Virus record (IMG/VR): IMGVR_UViG_3300031555_004120
Span: 4,145-68,144 of that record
Length of the DNA stretch: 64,000 bases
DNA from: a virus
Taxonomy: Duplodnaviria; Caudoviricetes
Reading direction: 5' to 3' (one strand)
Within the stretch, counting starts at the first letter, position 1, and the number at the start of each line of letters is the position of its first letter. The notes beneath the pieces are model-generated. The model searched no databases and had not been told where the DNA came from. It worked only from the letters and a program-made list of their open reading frames with translations. The position numbers and the translations under genes were made by a program. Below are positions 28,053 to 38,303 of this stretch, piece after piece.

Positions 28053-29795
28053 TTATGCACGTCCCTGAGGATTCAAGATCTGGATACGGCTCTGTACAGG
28101 CTGATATTCCTTCATCAAGAATCTCTCAAAGCTGTGAATTGCAGGCAGAGAAGGATTAGCAGCATTACGGATCTCGTTAGAGATGTACATCTGGTAATCA
28201 TATAATCTGTAGCAGATTCTTTCAGTGTTACGAGGATTCAAGATAATCATCAACTCGTTGGTATTTCTGTACTTGTCAGATCCTACGAAGTTGTATACTC
28301 TGTGATCCTTGGTGTTAACGATGGTCTGAGTGTAATCAAGAGTTACAGGACCAATGTTAGCAGGAGCCTGGTAAGCATACTCTGTAGGAGTGATCTTTCT
28401 TACGATACGAGGATCACCAACGATAGAAACAGTCATGTTAGGATCGTTGAGAACCTGAAGCATCTTAGTTACAAGGTCATCCAAGTAATCCATGAAAGTA
28501 GCATGACGGAAAGTTACCCAATCAAGAGCATAGCCCTCATTAGGAGCAAAGTCAAAGCTGCCCTGGAAGCTTGTTCTTTCATCCATTCTTTCGAATGAAG
28601 CGTCGAAGAACTTCTTCATCTTCATATCTTTGTACTCAGACAATACAGTCTTAGTCATAGACATGATCTTAGTTACCTGGTTTGCATCATACATAGCAGA
28701 TACATCCTTAACTTCTTCAGGAGATACGGTTGTATTGATAGGAGTTGCTTCCGGAATCTCAACGTAGTCAGAATCAACTTTCCACTTAACAGATACCATA
28801 TCAAGCTGAGCGTTAGAAGTATTCAACTTAGCAGCAAGCTTAACCTTAGAGATCTTGCCCTGAAGAGTATTGATACCGATCTTACCATTGTTCATAGAAC
28901 CGAAGATAGTATCAGTCAATACTGCAACGCCACCGTTAGCGTCAGTCTTATACTTGATAGTGATAGGCTGATTTAATACACGCTCGTTACGGTTAGGTCC
29001 ACCGTAAGAAGGAGTGAAAGGAATGCTGCAATGGAACCAAAGGTTCTTCATACCAGCATCAGCTGCAGTAGCAAGTTCAGTCTTATTGCTGTACCAACCA
29101 TTAGCATCCGGCATATGGTCACCTTCAGCGATATATACATTTTCTACATAGATACCACAGATGTGAGTTACAGAACTCAATTCATCAGTAGTAGTTCCAC
29201 CGAGCTTACCGATAATATCAGTAGTACCAGTTTCAGGAAGAGATAACTCAAATTCCTTAGTAGGTGCTGTAGCATCGATAGCATCAGCGATTCTGTTCTG
29301 CTCTAAGAACATATCGATTTCTTCACCTTCCGGAGTAACGAGGATACGTCTTTCCATAGAAATGGTGAAAGAAGGCTGCACTGCAGTTACTCTCTGAACT
29401 ACGTTACCCTGAGAGAATACGTTGTTCATAAGGATTAATTTATGGATAGGCAATGCCATACCAACCATAGGAGAATACTCTGTCTGGTAAGCGTTTTCCT
29501 GCATAGCATGGATATCGTTCTCAAACATAGCTTCTACATCTTCATGCATCTCTTCGAGCTGCTCAGAAGTTAAAGTTTCATTGTTATCGTCGATGAAGTT
29601 TTCACAGAAGAATTCCTTCAAAGCGTCTTTTGCTCCAGCGGAGCGAATTGTACGGGTAGGTTCTGCAAAGAAATCATAGTTCTCTACTGTAAGAATAGAG
29701 TTTGCAGCTTCAGTAAAAGCTTTACCGTAAGCATACAAAGGATCGTTTCTGTAAGCAGTTCCGCCGATCGTTTTCTGTCTAGTTCCTGCGATCAT
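28053..29795 (-). CDS. Major capsid protein (HK97 fold, T4 gp23-like)
   Basis: 580 aa; very strong codon bias; acidic N-terminal propeptide with x-E motifs; TAVQPSFT resembles gp23 VQPM; AACA-N6-TA promoter at 29894-29905. Confidence 0.8.
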   Translation of the reverse strand: MIAGTRQKTIGGTAYRNDPLYAYGKAFTEAANSILTVENYDFFAEPTRTIRSAGAKDALKEFFCENFIDDNNETLTSEQLEEMHEDVEAMFENDIHAMQENAYQTEYSPMVGMALPIHKLILMNNVFSQGNVVQRVTAVQPSFTISMERRILVTPEGEEIDMFLEQNRIADAIDATAPTKEFELSLPETGTTDIIGKLGGTTTDELSSVTHICGIYVENVYIAEGDHMPDANGWYSNKTELATAADAGMKNLWFHCSIPFTPSYGGPNRNERVLNQPITIKYKTDANGGVAVLTDTIFGSMNNGKIGINTLQGKISKVKLAAKLNTSNAQLDMVSVKWKVDSDYVEIPEATPINTTVSPEEVKDVSAMYDANQVTKIMSMTKTVLSEYKDMKMKKFFDASFERMDERTSFQGSFDFAPNEGYALDWVTFRHATFMDYLDDLVTKMLQVLNDPNMTVSIVGDPRIVRKITPTEYAYQAPANIGPVTLDYTQTIVNTKDHRVYNFVGSDKYRNTNELMIILNPRNTERICYRLYDYQMYISNEIRNAANPSLPAIHSFERFLMKEYQPVQSRIQILNPQGRA

Positions 29796-29948
29796 TTGCT
29801 TGTCCTCCTTATAGGGTTTTAATATTGATATTTTTCATATAATCAGTCAAAAATAGATTACTACGCAACTACCAGTTTGCGAGTACTATTTTTTATCATT
29901 ATGTTCGGTGTTTTGATTTGATATTTCGAAGAATTTTTACTCTTTTTC

Positions 29949-30596
29949 TTATTTATTACCTTTATCTTCGTTTTCTTTTGCAAATTTCTTTGCTATATCA
30001 TCAAGAATTTCGGTTATAGACTTGATAATAGTCAAAAATCTTACAAAAGTAACATCGTTTTCTACATAAGATTTTGTAGGAAATACCATTGTAAGGTAAT
30101 CAGAAATATAAACCTTTACATCGTATAATGATGTAGATATTCTGGAGATAGTTTCAAGGTTATCTTCATTTATATCAAGTTTATTGATTCTTTCCAATAT
30201 ATCATCACAAGATGAATACAGATTAGAATATAAATTCTTCAATTCTTTAATCTTGATCTGTTGTTCTTCTGCTGTCAATGAAGCAAAGATATCAGTATTA
30301 GCTTCAATCTCTTCATCACCTTCTAACTCTTCACCTTCTTCACCAGGTTGCTGAGCAGTATTAGGATCTTCTGCAGCTGGATCTGCTTCTGCATTCTGCT
30401 GAGTTTCAGGATTTTCTTCAGCTTGCTGAGCAGCATCTTCTTCTGGAGAACTTCCATCATCTAATGATGTATCTATAGAAAAGTCATCATCAATACTTCC
30501 TTCCATATCTGCTGGAGAAGCAGAAGAAGTATTATCTTCCTCTGCCTCATGTACAGACTTTAAAGAAAGAATATCATATATAGATTGCATTCCCAT
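29949..30596 (-). CDS. Acidic head/scaffold-like protein
   Basis: VHEAEED followed by a long D/E/A/P-rich linker; upstream of the capsid gene. Confidence 0.45.
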   Translation of the reverse strand: MGMQSIYDILSLKSVHEAEEDNTSSASPADMEGSIDDDFSIDTSLDDGSSPEEDAAQQAEENPETQQNAEADPAAEDPNTAQQPGEEGEELEGDEEIEANTDIFASLTAEEQQIKIKELKNLYSNLYSSCDDILERINKLDINEDNLETISRISTSLYDVKVYISDYLTMVFPTKSYVENDVTFVRFLTIIKSITEILDDIAKKFAKENEDKGNK

Positions 30597-30617
30597 AATT
30601 GATACTTTCCTTTCTTT

Positions 30618-33512
30618 TTATTTATCATCATTCTTACCTACACCAATATCTGCAGGAAGAACTCTTTTTCCAGTTCTCAGATTATATCTGATTCTCTGAT
30701 ACTGTCTTTGTAATTCTTTCTTGTATTGAATAAGAGCTCTATATTTCTTAATCTGATTATTACTATCAGCCATAGACATTTCTTTTTCTACAACTTCAAG
30801 TTCTGTTTCAATCTCATCAAGAATTAATAGTCTTTCTCTATCATTGAGCTTCTTAGAAACTGCTAATCCACCCATTGCTACAATAATAGGAATTGTAACT
30901 CCATTGGTTAATACTCCCAATATAGTCAATCCTAATCCAGCCTTAATACATCTTGAGAAAGAAGGAATCAGAGATCCTTTTATAATAGCTTCTCTTCTAT
31001 CAGAAACAAGAGCCCGTTTCATACTAGTAACTACAGATCTTACAGAATTGTCTAAATTTCTTGACATTTCTTTTTCTTTGTTACTCATATCTTTAAACTT
31101 CTGTCTTAATCCCATAAGACCAAGCTTGATATTATTTAAATTAATAATAGGTCTCTTTCTTTCTTTTTGTTGAGAATCGTTCTGCTGATTAGATTCTTTC
31201 TCTTTAGAAACATCAGATTTGATATCTGTAGATTCATCATTATCTTCTGTTTCATCTACACTATCTTCATCCTCAGGATCTTCTTCGTCTTCATCATCTT
31301 CACCATTATAATAGCCTTTCTGACGAAGTCTATCTTCAAGAGCTTTACCTCCAACTGCTGTAGGTGGTTTGGATGATGCTTCTTCTATAATATCCAAAAG
31401 ATAACCGTATGCTTCAAGCTGAATATTAGATGGAACTTCTTCCTCTCTAGTCCAATTTTCTACTGCTTCGGATACTTTCTTTTCCTGCTTAGAAAGCATT
31501 ACATAAGACTCGTTGATTACACCTTCTTCAATAGCTTTATTGAACTGATAATCAGAGAATTTATCACCGAATACTTTTACAATATCACTATCAAGATTAA
31601 GATAACTCATAGCTTCAAGAGCAAGTGTAAAATGCTCATAGGTAAAATTATCAAACTTACTGAAGTCAAGAATCTGCTCTTCAATCGGAGCCATCATAAA
31701 ACCATCATAAGTATTAAACTGACCTGAAGTTTCAACAAAAGTTTCCAGATACAAATCAATAGAAGAATCAAAATTATTTCTTACTTCGTTCATTTCTGAT
31801 TCAGTAAGTTCAATTTCTGTAGTTTCTTTAATATTGATTTCTGCAATACCAGGATTGATAGTATAGTAAGCTCTCATAGTATCCATATTCTGAGAGATTA
31901 GTAAATCATTATATTCATTACATACAGTATCTAAGAACTGAGATAATTCATTTAATTCTGATTCAGTATAAGGATACTGTCGAACACATATACTCGCTTT
32001 ACAATCTTCTCCAATATATGAATATATATTTTCTTTATATTCAGCCATTTCTCCAAAGAGAATATTTTTAGTTCTAGAAACAAAGTTTTTGATCTTATTT
32101 TTAGCTGAATTGATAAACTTCTTTTCTTTAACTTTAAGAAATTTATTAAGGTTAAAAGCAGCATTTACCAAGTTATGGAATTTAAAGATCTTATATTCAT
32201 TAAGAGGTAAGCCTTCTCCAGTACTTGTATTAACAAACTTGATACTATCAAGGTTATTTCTACTGTATAGAATATCCTTAGTATAAGACAAAGAATCAAT
32301 AGCAGGATTTAAAGCATTCTTAATAAAGCTTAAAGCTGCTGAAGAATATGCAGGATTTGAATTACCTACTAATTCCAATTCAGTCTTAATATTATCCATT
32401 TTATTAATGATTAATACAAGATCTTCTTTTGAATAATCTTCAACATTTTCTGCTCCATTATTGGCTACTAATTTAGTACAACCGGAAATATAATTGGGAA
32501 TAATACCAAATGCTTTAAATACACCTTCATCTGATTCAAATGTTTTATTCTTTACGAATCCCCAAAGTAAATAAATCAAATTTTCGATATTAGCAAGAAT
32601 ATCCTGTTTATTGGTATCATTCATAACTCTGTTAATCATAACTGGCAAACTATTGTCTGATTTATTACAATTAACCAGATATCTATGAATAGCATCATTG
32701 ATAGATTTATAAGGAGCAGTAGGATTTTCATCACTTGCTAACATGACTTGAACTTTAGCAATATCTTCTTCTTCGAGAATGTAATTCTCATTTACAGCTC
32801 TCCTGAAGTTATTCAATTCATGTTCAGAAATATAAGGATTCTGAATAAGATAGAATTCTACAATACCTTTCAGTAGATTTTCTTTATTATAATCTACATG
32901 ATTTTTCTCCAAGAGATAATAACACTCTTCGAATAACAAATTCATTTTCTGATATTCTTTGATACGATAAGTATCAATCATATCGGCACAAGAATCAATA
33001 AAATACTTCAAACCAGCAGATCTGATTCTGTTACACTCTCTTTCAATATTAAATCTCTTTGAAATAGATTCATGATTCTTCAGAATTCTATCAGAAGCTG
33101 CAATAGCAGTACAATTTTCAAAAATAGTATTCTTCTGATCTTCTGTTAAATTTTCTCTTCTTTCCAAAGAGTTTACAACAGCTTCGATATTCTCCGTATA
33201 AGGGAGAATTCTGTCAACGTATTCTGCTAATATCCTATCAGAGATAACTGGGTCAACTGTGTTGAATGTTTCTAACAAATTGAAAATCTGATAATAATTG
33301 GAACTTGCATTCTGAGTGTTACATAAACTTTCGATAAAAGATCTTAACAACTGCTGAGTATCAGCATTTCTACCATTCTTTTTGATTTCAATGCTTCGGT
33401 TAAGATTATTGAAAATTTTATTAGAATCTACTTTTGTAGATTCTGTCACAGCCGAATTCAAGCATCGAGAACGCTTAAGAATAGTAGTATAATTTACTAT
33501 CTTTCTAGACAT
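30618..33512 (-). CDS. Large hypothetical virion protein
   Basis: 964 aa; AVTES/VINES/IIEEA motifs, acidic linker, hydrophobic C-terminal helix; late-type promoter at 33544-33555. Confidence 0.5.
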   Translation of the reverse strand: MSRKIVNYTTILKRSRCLNSAVTESTKVDSNKIFNNLNRSIEIKKNGRNADTQQLLRSFIESLCNTQNASSNYYQIFNLLETFNTVDPVISDRILAEYVDRILPYTENIEAVVNSLERRENLTEDQKNTIFENCTAIAASDRILKNHESISKRFNIERECNRIRSAGLKYFIDSCADMIDTYRIKEYQKMNLLFEECYYLLEKNHVDYNKENLLKGIVEFYLIQNPYISEHELNNFRRAVNENYILEEEDIAKVQVMLASDENPTAPYKSINDAIHRYLVNCNKSDNSLPVMINRVMNDTNKQDILANIENLIYLLWGFVKNKTFESDEGVFKAFGIIPNYISGCTKLVANNGAENVEDYSKEDLVLIINKMDNIKTELELVGNSNPAYSSAALSFIKNALNPAIDSLSYTKDILYSRNNLDSIKFVNTSTGEGLPLNEYKIFKFHNLVNAAFNLNKFLKVKEKKFINSAKNKIKNFVSRTKNILFGEMAEYKENIYSYIGEDCKASICVRQYPYTESELNELSQFLDTVCNEYNDLLISQNMDTMRAYYTINPGIAEINIKETTEIELTESEMNEVRNNFDSSIDLYLETFVETSGQFNTYDGFMMAPIEEQILDFSKFDNFTYEHFTLALEAMSYLNLDSDIVKVFGDKFSDYQFNKAIEEGVINESYVMLSKQEKKVSEAVENWTREEEVPSNIQLEAYGYLLDIIEEASSKPPTAVGGKALEDRLRQKGYYNGEDDEDEEDPEDEDSVDETEDNDESTDIKSDVSKEKESNQQNDSQQKERKRPIINLNNIKLGLMGLRQKFKDMSNKEKEMSRNLDNSVRSVVTSMKRALVSDRREAIIKGSLIPSFSRCIKAGLGLTILGVLTNGVTIPIIVAMGGLAVSKKLNDRERLLILDEIETELEVVEKEMSMADSNNQIKKYRALIQYKKELQRQYQRIRYNLRTGKRVLPADIGVGKNDDK

Positions 33513-33659
33513 TATAATCTCCTCCCTGTATAATAGGATATTTTATAAGAGTGTTGAATCTTACCGTACTACAATTTATTATTTATTCTTATAATCACTT
33601 TTAAATAATATAATAAATGATATTATATTAAATAAAAATCATAGGTAAGGAGAATAATA

Positions 33660-33842
33660 ATGAGTAGCCGTAAAGAAGATCTGCAAAAGAAAATTAGTAA
33701 CCTGAGAAAGGAATACAATAAGCTGGAAAAGCTTAAAGAAAAGCAGGAAGATAATGGTATATTTGATCCTGCTATAGAAAAGCAGATTGATGATATCTAT
33801 GAAGAAATTGCTAATCTTGATAAAGAATTACAGGAATTGTAA
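33660..33842 (+). CDS. Small coiled-coil early protein
   Basis: 60 aa with AGGAG RBS and an AT-rich early-type promoter. Confidence 0.55.
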   Translation: MSSRKEDLQKKISNLRKEYNKLEKLKEKQEDNGIFDPAIEKQIDDIYEEIANLDKELQEL

Positions 33843-33908
33843 ATCATATACATATACCCAGTAAGGTATAATCCTTACTGGGATTTTAATTTGATAAGCT
33901 CAAGGATC

Positions 33909-33920
33909 AACATTGATATA
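33909..33920 (+). promoter_or_regulatory. Late-type promoter AACA-N6-TA (representative copy)
   Basis: Also at 24205, 34885, 35155 and 42641 (+) and at 14644-14655, 29894-29905 and 33544-33555 (-); AACT/CACA variants lie upstream of other late genes. Confidence 0.65.
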
Positions 33921-33962
33921 ATTGAATAAAACTCGAATTTTATCGAAAGGAGCTTATCAAAG

Positions 33963-34835
33963 ATGATTAATTCAAAGATTGGTTATATCATCTGCGAATC
34001 TATGGGAGAACCATCTGCTGTTTTACAACCGAAGACAATTAATGGTAAAGTAGTTGCAGAATGTATTCTTCAGACAGCAGATGAAAAGAATAGAAACGGT
34101 AGATTCTATGCTCACGAAGAATTATTTCCTCAGATAACAGCACCTAGAACTTTAGAGTTGCTTCATAGTGGAACATTAAAAGCTGAATGTGGACATCCTT
34201 TATCCAAAGATCTTCAGAGACAGAGTACAATTGATGATACAAAGACATGTGCTCGCTTCTTGAAGTTATGGATTGATGGTATGAATATTATGGCTCATGT
34301 GGTTGGAACTAACAATGATCTTGGTAGAGCATTTGACCTGGATCTTAAAGAAGGTATTCTCCCTGCATGGTCATTAAGAGCTTTAGGTTCTATTACACAG
34401 ACTCGTAGAGGTGCAGAGGTTAAGAATTTGAGAGTTATTACTTGGGATAATGTAATTTATCCTTCTCACCCTGGTGCTTATACTCAGAAGCTTGTTACAG
34501 AATCAGGTATTGTACTTGGTGGAAGTACTGTTCAGGAAACAAACGACATGAGTCCTAGTGGAATTATTATTCCTATTACCAACGAACAGGTTCTTAGATT
34601 CATTCAGACAGAATCTGCTAACTTGAAGTTTGTTAGAGAATGTTTTGATTTCGCTTATTCTGGAATTAAAGTTAATGAATCTGGATCTAAGGTTCTTCTT
34701 ACAACTAATGAAGGTGATACATTGGTTGTTAATATTGAATCTTATATTCATGATGAATTGATGAGATATGATAAGAGTTACAGACAGATCTCTGAAGCAG
34801 ATGAACAGAATTTCAAGTTTAGTATCTTAAAATAA
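33963..34835 (+). CDS. Prohead core protease (T4 gp21-like)
   Basis: LQTADEKNRNGRFY, ECGHP (His), WSLRALGS (Ser), ITWDNVIYPS (Asp). Confidence 0.85.
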   Translation: MINSKIGYIICESMGEPSAVLQPKTINGKVVAECILQTADEKNRNGRFYAHEELFPQITAPRTLELLHSGTLKAECGHPLSKDLQRQSTIDDTKTCARFLKLWIDGMNIMAHVVGTNNDLGRAFDLDLKEGILPAWSLRALGSITQTRRGAEVKNLRVITWDNVIYPSHPGAYTQKLVTESGIVLGGSTVQETNDMSPSGIIIPITNEQVLRFIQTESANLKFVRECFDFAYSGIKVNESGSKVLLTTNEGDTLVVNIESYIHDELMRYDKSYRQISEADEQNFKFSILK

Positions 34836-34895
34836 ACAAATAGTACCACTAGACGTAAAAGTCTAGTGGTATTTTATTTTATTAAACATTGGTGT

Positions 34896-35097
34896 AAAGG
34901 AAATTATGCTCGGTAGAAAGAATGTCCGTTTCTGAAAAGGTGTGTATAAAGTTTGTAGGAATCGACGTAGGTTCATTTCTATGAATTTCTCCTGAATAGG
35001 TGTTGAAAATTGCAAAATTGCTGAACTCTTGCCATGGTTTAGTAAAAACTCCGAGTATATTTTTTGTAGCTGGTGAAGACTGAGTGTAATTTCCTTT
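34896..35097 (+). ncRNA. Structured ~200-nt non-coding RNA candidate
   Basis: 19-bp terminal helix (34896-34914 with 35079-35097, G-U allowed) begins exactly at the +1 predicted from AACA-N6-TA (34885-34896); internal hairpins; terminator at about 35118-35144. Confidence 0.6.
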
Positions 35098-35200
35098 AAC
35101 TCTTTAAAAAATAAGTTGCTGGTAGAGGTAAAACTCTACCAGCCTTTTAATTGGAACATTGTAATAAATTGATAAGACTATCAAAAGGAGGTTATGATCT

Positions 35201-35995
35201 ATGGCATTAGCAAATAGTATGACATTATTATTGGACAAAATAGAACGTAGATTAGGTCTAATCCCATTATCACAGTTTTTGCCCGAAAATATGCAGAAAC
35301 CTAAATGGGCTGATGTTATTCAACAGGATACATTAGTTGAATTTTCACGCTATTTCCCTAATCAGTTCAAAATGATTATTAATGATGAGAGTTGCAATAA
35401 AAAGCTTGACAAAGATACAAATACTATGTGGTATTACATTAAAGATGAAGTATTACAAGGTGCTAAGTTATTAGGATTAAAAGATATTGATTGGACTGAT
35501 GTATCAGCTGCAAATAGCTCAATGACTAATGGTAGCATTGGTACATATTACTATCCATCTGGAATGCCTTGTATCGAAGCTACATTTGAATCTGTATTGG
35601 GATTACAGATGGCTGCTGATACAGCTTCATTATACAATAGAGGGATTTATATTGACTTCCAGTATCCTAATAGATTCTGCTTGAAAGGTTTAGCTAATAC
35701 AAATTACGACTTATCGAGTTTTGTTGTAGTATTGTTAGTTGAACATGCTTCTTTAAATACTATCTCACCTACAATGATGAGTATATTTGAAGAATTGGCA
35801 CAGGCAGATATTGCTAACTACTTGTATATGAACTTGAGATATTATGATGGTATTGATACGGCTTATATTAATATTGATCTCAAGTTGAATGAGTTGCAGG
35901 AAATCGCTAATAAGAGGGAGAGTATAATTGAAGAATTGAAAAACAGTTATGTTTCTGCTTCTAACTCAGCTATTCCTTATATTTGGTCTGTATAA
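35201..35995 (+). CDS. Neck/head-completion protein (T4 gp13-like)
   Basis: N-terminal LLDKIERRLG resembles gp13-type ILRRLG; size and late-type promoter fit. Confidence 0.45.
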   Translation: MALANSMTLLLDKIERRLGLIPLSQFLPENMQKPKWADVIQQDTLVEFSRYFPNQFKMIINDESCNKKLDKDTNTMWYYIKDEVLQGAKLLGLKDIDWTDVSAANSSMTNGSIGTYYYPSGMPCIEATFESVLGLQMAADTASLYNRGIYIDFQYPNRFCLKGLANTNYDLSSFVVVLLVEHASLNTISPTMMSIFEELAQADIANYLYMNLRYYDGIDTAYINIDLKLNELQEIANKRESIIEELKNSYVSASNSAIPYIWSV

Positions 35996-36009
35996 GGAGG
36001 TAGCTAGCA

Positions 36010-36459
36010 ATGAAAAATGATACTATGTATAAGCTCTCTTATGGTGCTGAAAAATTGAAGACAGTTAAAGAGAAAATTATCGAAGATATCAAAACGATCA
36101 ATGCTGCTATGAAAAATATATACAGTAATAACTGTGTAATCGTGGTACTTTCTCCATGTAATAAACATGGAGAAATAAACCATGAATGTACTATTCATAT
36201 CTACGATAATTTTTTAGAAGCAAATCCGTTGCTAAATCAGGAGCAATATTCTGATGATAAAAATATCTCAGTAATTCAATACGATCTTAAACATGATAAG
36301 TTTTTGTTTATTCTGTTAAAGACATATGATACTCGGAATTACAAGAGATTAAACAAACGACAGATACAAAAGATGTTTAGTGATTTGGAATTAGAATCCA
36401 AAGTACTATTTTTATACAATCAATTACAAACGAAAATTATACTTCACAAATCAGTTTAA
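36010..36459 (+). CDS. Hypothetical protein (paralog of 36721)
   Basis: Shared VVV...C..HG....IH..D...AN.LLN.E.Y pattern. Confidence 0.6.
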   Translation: MKNDTMYKLSYGAEKLKTVKEKIIEDIKTINAAMKNIYSNNCVIVVLSPCNKHGEINHECTIHIYDNFLEANPLLNQEQYSDDKNISVIQYDLKHDKFLFILLKTYDTRNYKRLNKRQIQKMFSDLELESKVLFLYNQLQTKIILHKSV

Positions 36460-36465
36460 TATAAA

Positions 36466-36496
36466 GGTCCCTAGTAGAGAAAATCTACTAGGGACT
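36466..36496. terminator. Intrinsic terminator (representative of a family of CCTAG/CTAGG-stem hairpins)
   Basis: GTCCCTAGTAGA-GAAAA-TCTACTAGGGAC; near-identical hairpin at about 39318-39343; similar hairpins follow most operons. Confidence 0.8.
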
Positions 36497-36532
36497 ATTT
36501 CTTTAAAATGTAAAAGTGCTATTTTTTAATTA

Positions 36533-36540
36533 TATATTAT
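36533..36540 (+). promoter_or_regulatory. Early-type promoter core TATATTAT (representative copy)
   Basis: Also at 18016, 42140 and 48512, with variants at 57026 and about 51146; most lie in a TTTT.A.TTATATATTATA.T.ATGA-like context upstream of small AT-rich genes. Confidence 0.6.
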
Positions 36541-36586
36541 AATTATGAATCAACCAATGATAATCTCAAAACATGGAGGTGTAAAT

Positions 36587-36724
36587 ATGAGAAATGGAAG
36601 ATTTGGAAGAATTGAAACTGTAAAAAAGAATGCTGAGCAGCCAACTGAAGAGGAAATCAGAAGACGAATAAAAGATGCTCAGATAGCTAAGAAATTATTA
36701 ATTTATAAGGAGAATACAAAATGA
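36587..36724 (+). CDS. Small basic protein, 45 aa (not in ORF track)
   Basis: GGAGG RBS and early-type promoter; ATGA overlap with the next gene. Confidence 0.5.
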   Translation: MRNGRFGRIETVKKNAEQPTEEEIRRRIKDAQIAKKLLIYKENTK

Positions 36725-37170
36725 AAAATATCAAATTTGAAAATTTACATTGGGATGCTTCTTGGAATTCAGAAGGAGTTCAGGAAGACATCGAGTTCCG
36801 GCTTGGGAAAATTGCTAACGAAATGTCCAAGGAATATACTGTTTCTTGTGTAGTTGTAGTTATTAAGAATTGTGATATTCATGGTACATATGATACTATG
36901 GATATTCATGTATTTGCAGACTTTGGCGACGCAAATAATCTGCTTAATAGTGAGATGTATGAGTCTTATCATGCTCTTGACATTTATCATTATAATTGTT
37001 TGAAAAACGAGTTTACTCTTGTCATGGACAAACCTCATGATAGTTTCAAGTTTGGACGGCTTGCTTGTATTAATACACAGAAAATGTTTGATGGGCAGTT
37101 TGTAACAAGAATGAGGAAAGTATTTGATATGAAGAATACTAACGTTACACTTCATTGTATGAAGTTGTAA
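36721..37170 (+). CDS. Hypothetical protein (paralog of 36010)
   Basis: Same length (149 aa) and shared motifs. Confidence 0.6.
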   Translation: MKNIKFENLHWDASWNSEGVQEDIEFRLGKIANEMSKEYTVSCVVVVIKNCDIHGTYDTMDIHVFADFGDANNLLNSEMYESYHALDIYHYNCLKNEFTLVMDKPHDSFKFGRLACINTQKMFDGQFVTRMRKVFDMKNTNVTLHCMKL

Positions 37171-37232
37171 TCTTCATTATATTTTCCAAAGTAGATCGGT
37201 AAGGTGCACAAAACACCTTACCGATTTATTTT

Positions 37233-38165
37233 TTATTTTCTTTTATCAAAGATAAACTTTTTAGTTGTACAACCAGCAGCGTGCATATGTCCACCACCCT
37301 TAGGGTCAATAGACTGAGCAATCTTATAACAATTAGCTCCCTTTTCTGCATCAGAATAGAAACTATATTCCCACAGACCATCTTTTGTGTAATGGAAACT
37401 GCAAACGAAATCGTATTCTTTTACTTTATTTCCAAACCAAGGAGATCCACCAAGAATCATATTCATACAGAGACCTTTCTTACCATCAATCTCATATTCG
37501 AAAGCACCAGAATTGACAGCACATTCGCCCATAGAATCTCTATACTTCTTACAAATCTGTCCTACTTTTAAAACTTCTTCAATATCATGCTTGCTGGTAA
37601 ACAATTCATCCCATCTTTTATCAATAGGATACTGAATAGATTCAGCATCAAGACCTAATTTGAACCATTCAGTCTTCTCTCCATATTCATATCTCCATAC
37701 ATCATTATCATGAACATATCTTACTAACAATGGAGCAAATTTGTAGAGAGATTCACATTTCTTCTGGTCAATATTTTTCAACCATTTCTCTCTTTCATCA
37801 GCTGCCTGGTATTCTGATAAATAAAAGTAAATATATGTAAGCATACAAGCTGCTGTACCATTAACTCTTAAGCCAGGAATAGATTCACCAAATTTACCAT
37901 ACTTCTCGATAGAAGAAATATGATGATCAATCCAAATTACATCCTTAGTGATTTCTAATAATTTCTTCATATCATCAGGACCATTTTCAAAACTAAAGTC
38001 ACAAATAACAACTTTTTCATCTTTCTGAATTTTATTCAAGAAATCTGAGCCTTTTCTATAATCTGTCATGATAATGTCATTCATATCAGTGATATTGAAT
38101 TTCTTTGCTACTAAGAATGCTGATACTTTACCATCAGCATCTGCAGAATGTGATATAATTTTCAT
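37233..38165 (-). CDS. DHH/DHHA1 phosphoesterase
   Basis: SHSADADG, CDFS, WIDHH and GGGHMHAAG motifs. Confidence 0.9.
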   Translation of the reverse strand: MKIISHSADADGKVSAFLVAKKFNITDMNDIIMTDYRKGSDFLNKIQKDEKVVICDFSFENGPDDMKKLLEITKDVIWIDHHISSIEKYGKFGESIPGLRVNGTAACMLTYIYFYLSEYQAADEREKWLKNIDQKKCESLYKFAPLLVRYVHDNDVWRYEYGEKTEWFKLGLDAESIQYPIDKRWDELFTSKHDIEEVLKVGQICKKYRDSMGECAVNSGAFEYEIDGKKGLCMNMILGGSPWFGNKVKEYDFVCSFHYTKDGLWEYSFYSDAEKGANCYKIAQSIDPKGGGHMHAAGCTTKKFIFDKRK

Positions 38166-38303
38166 AATACAAACCCTTTCTAGTTTTATTTTTTATTACT
38201 AGTAAGTTTTTATTATAGTAGCTTATTAACTATTAAACACTGAATTAATAGGAAATAATTCCTTTGATTTTAATTTTATTATGAAAAAGGAGGTAAGAAA
38301 ATC

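Noticed and set aside
34311-34323. NNDL peptide in the prohead protease (AACAATGATCTTG)
   Set aside because: Differs from the cassette site at several nucleotides and lies inside a conserved enzyme; coincidental.
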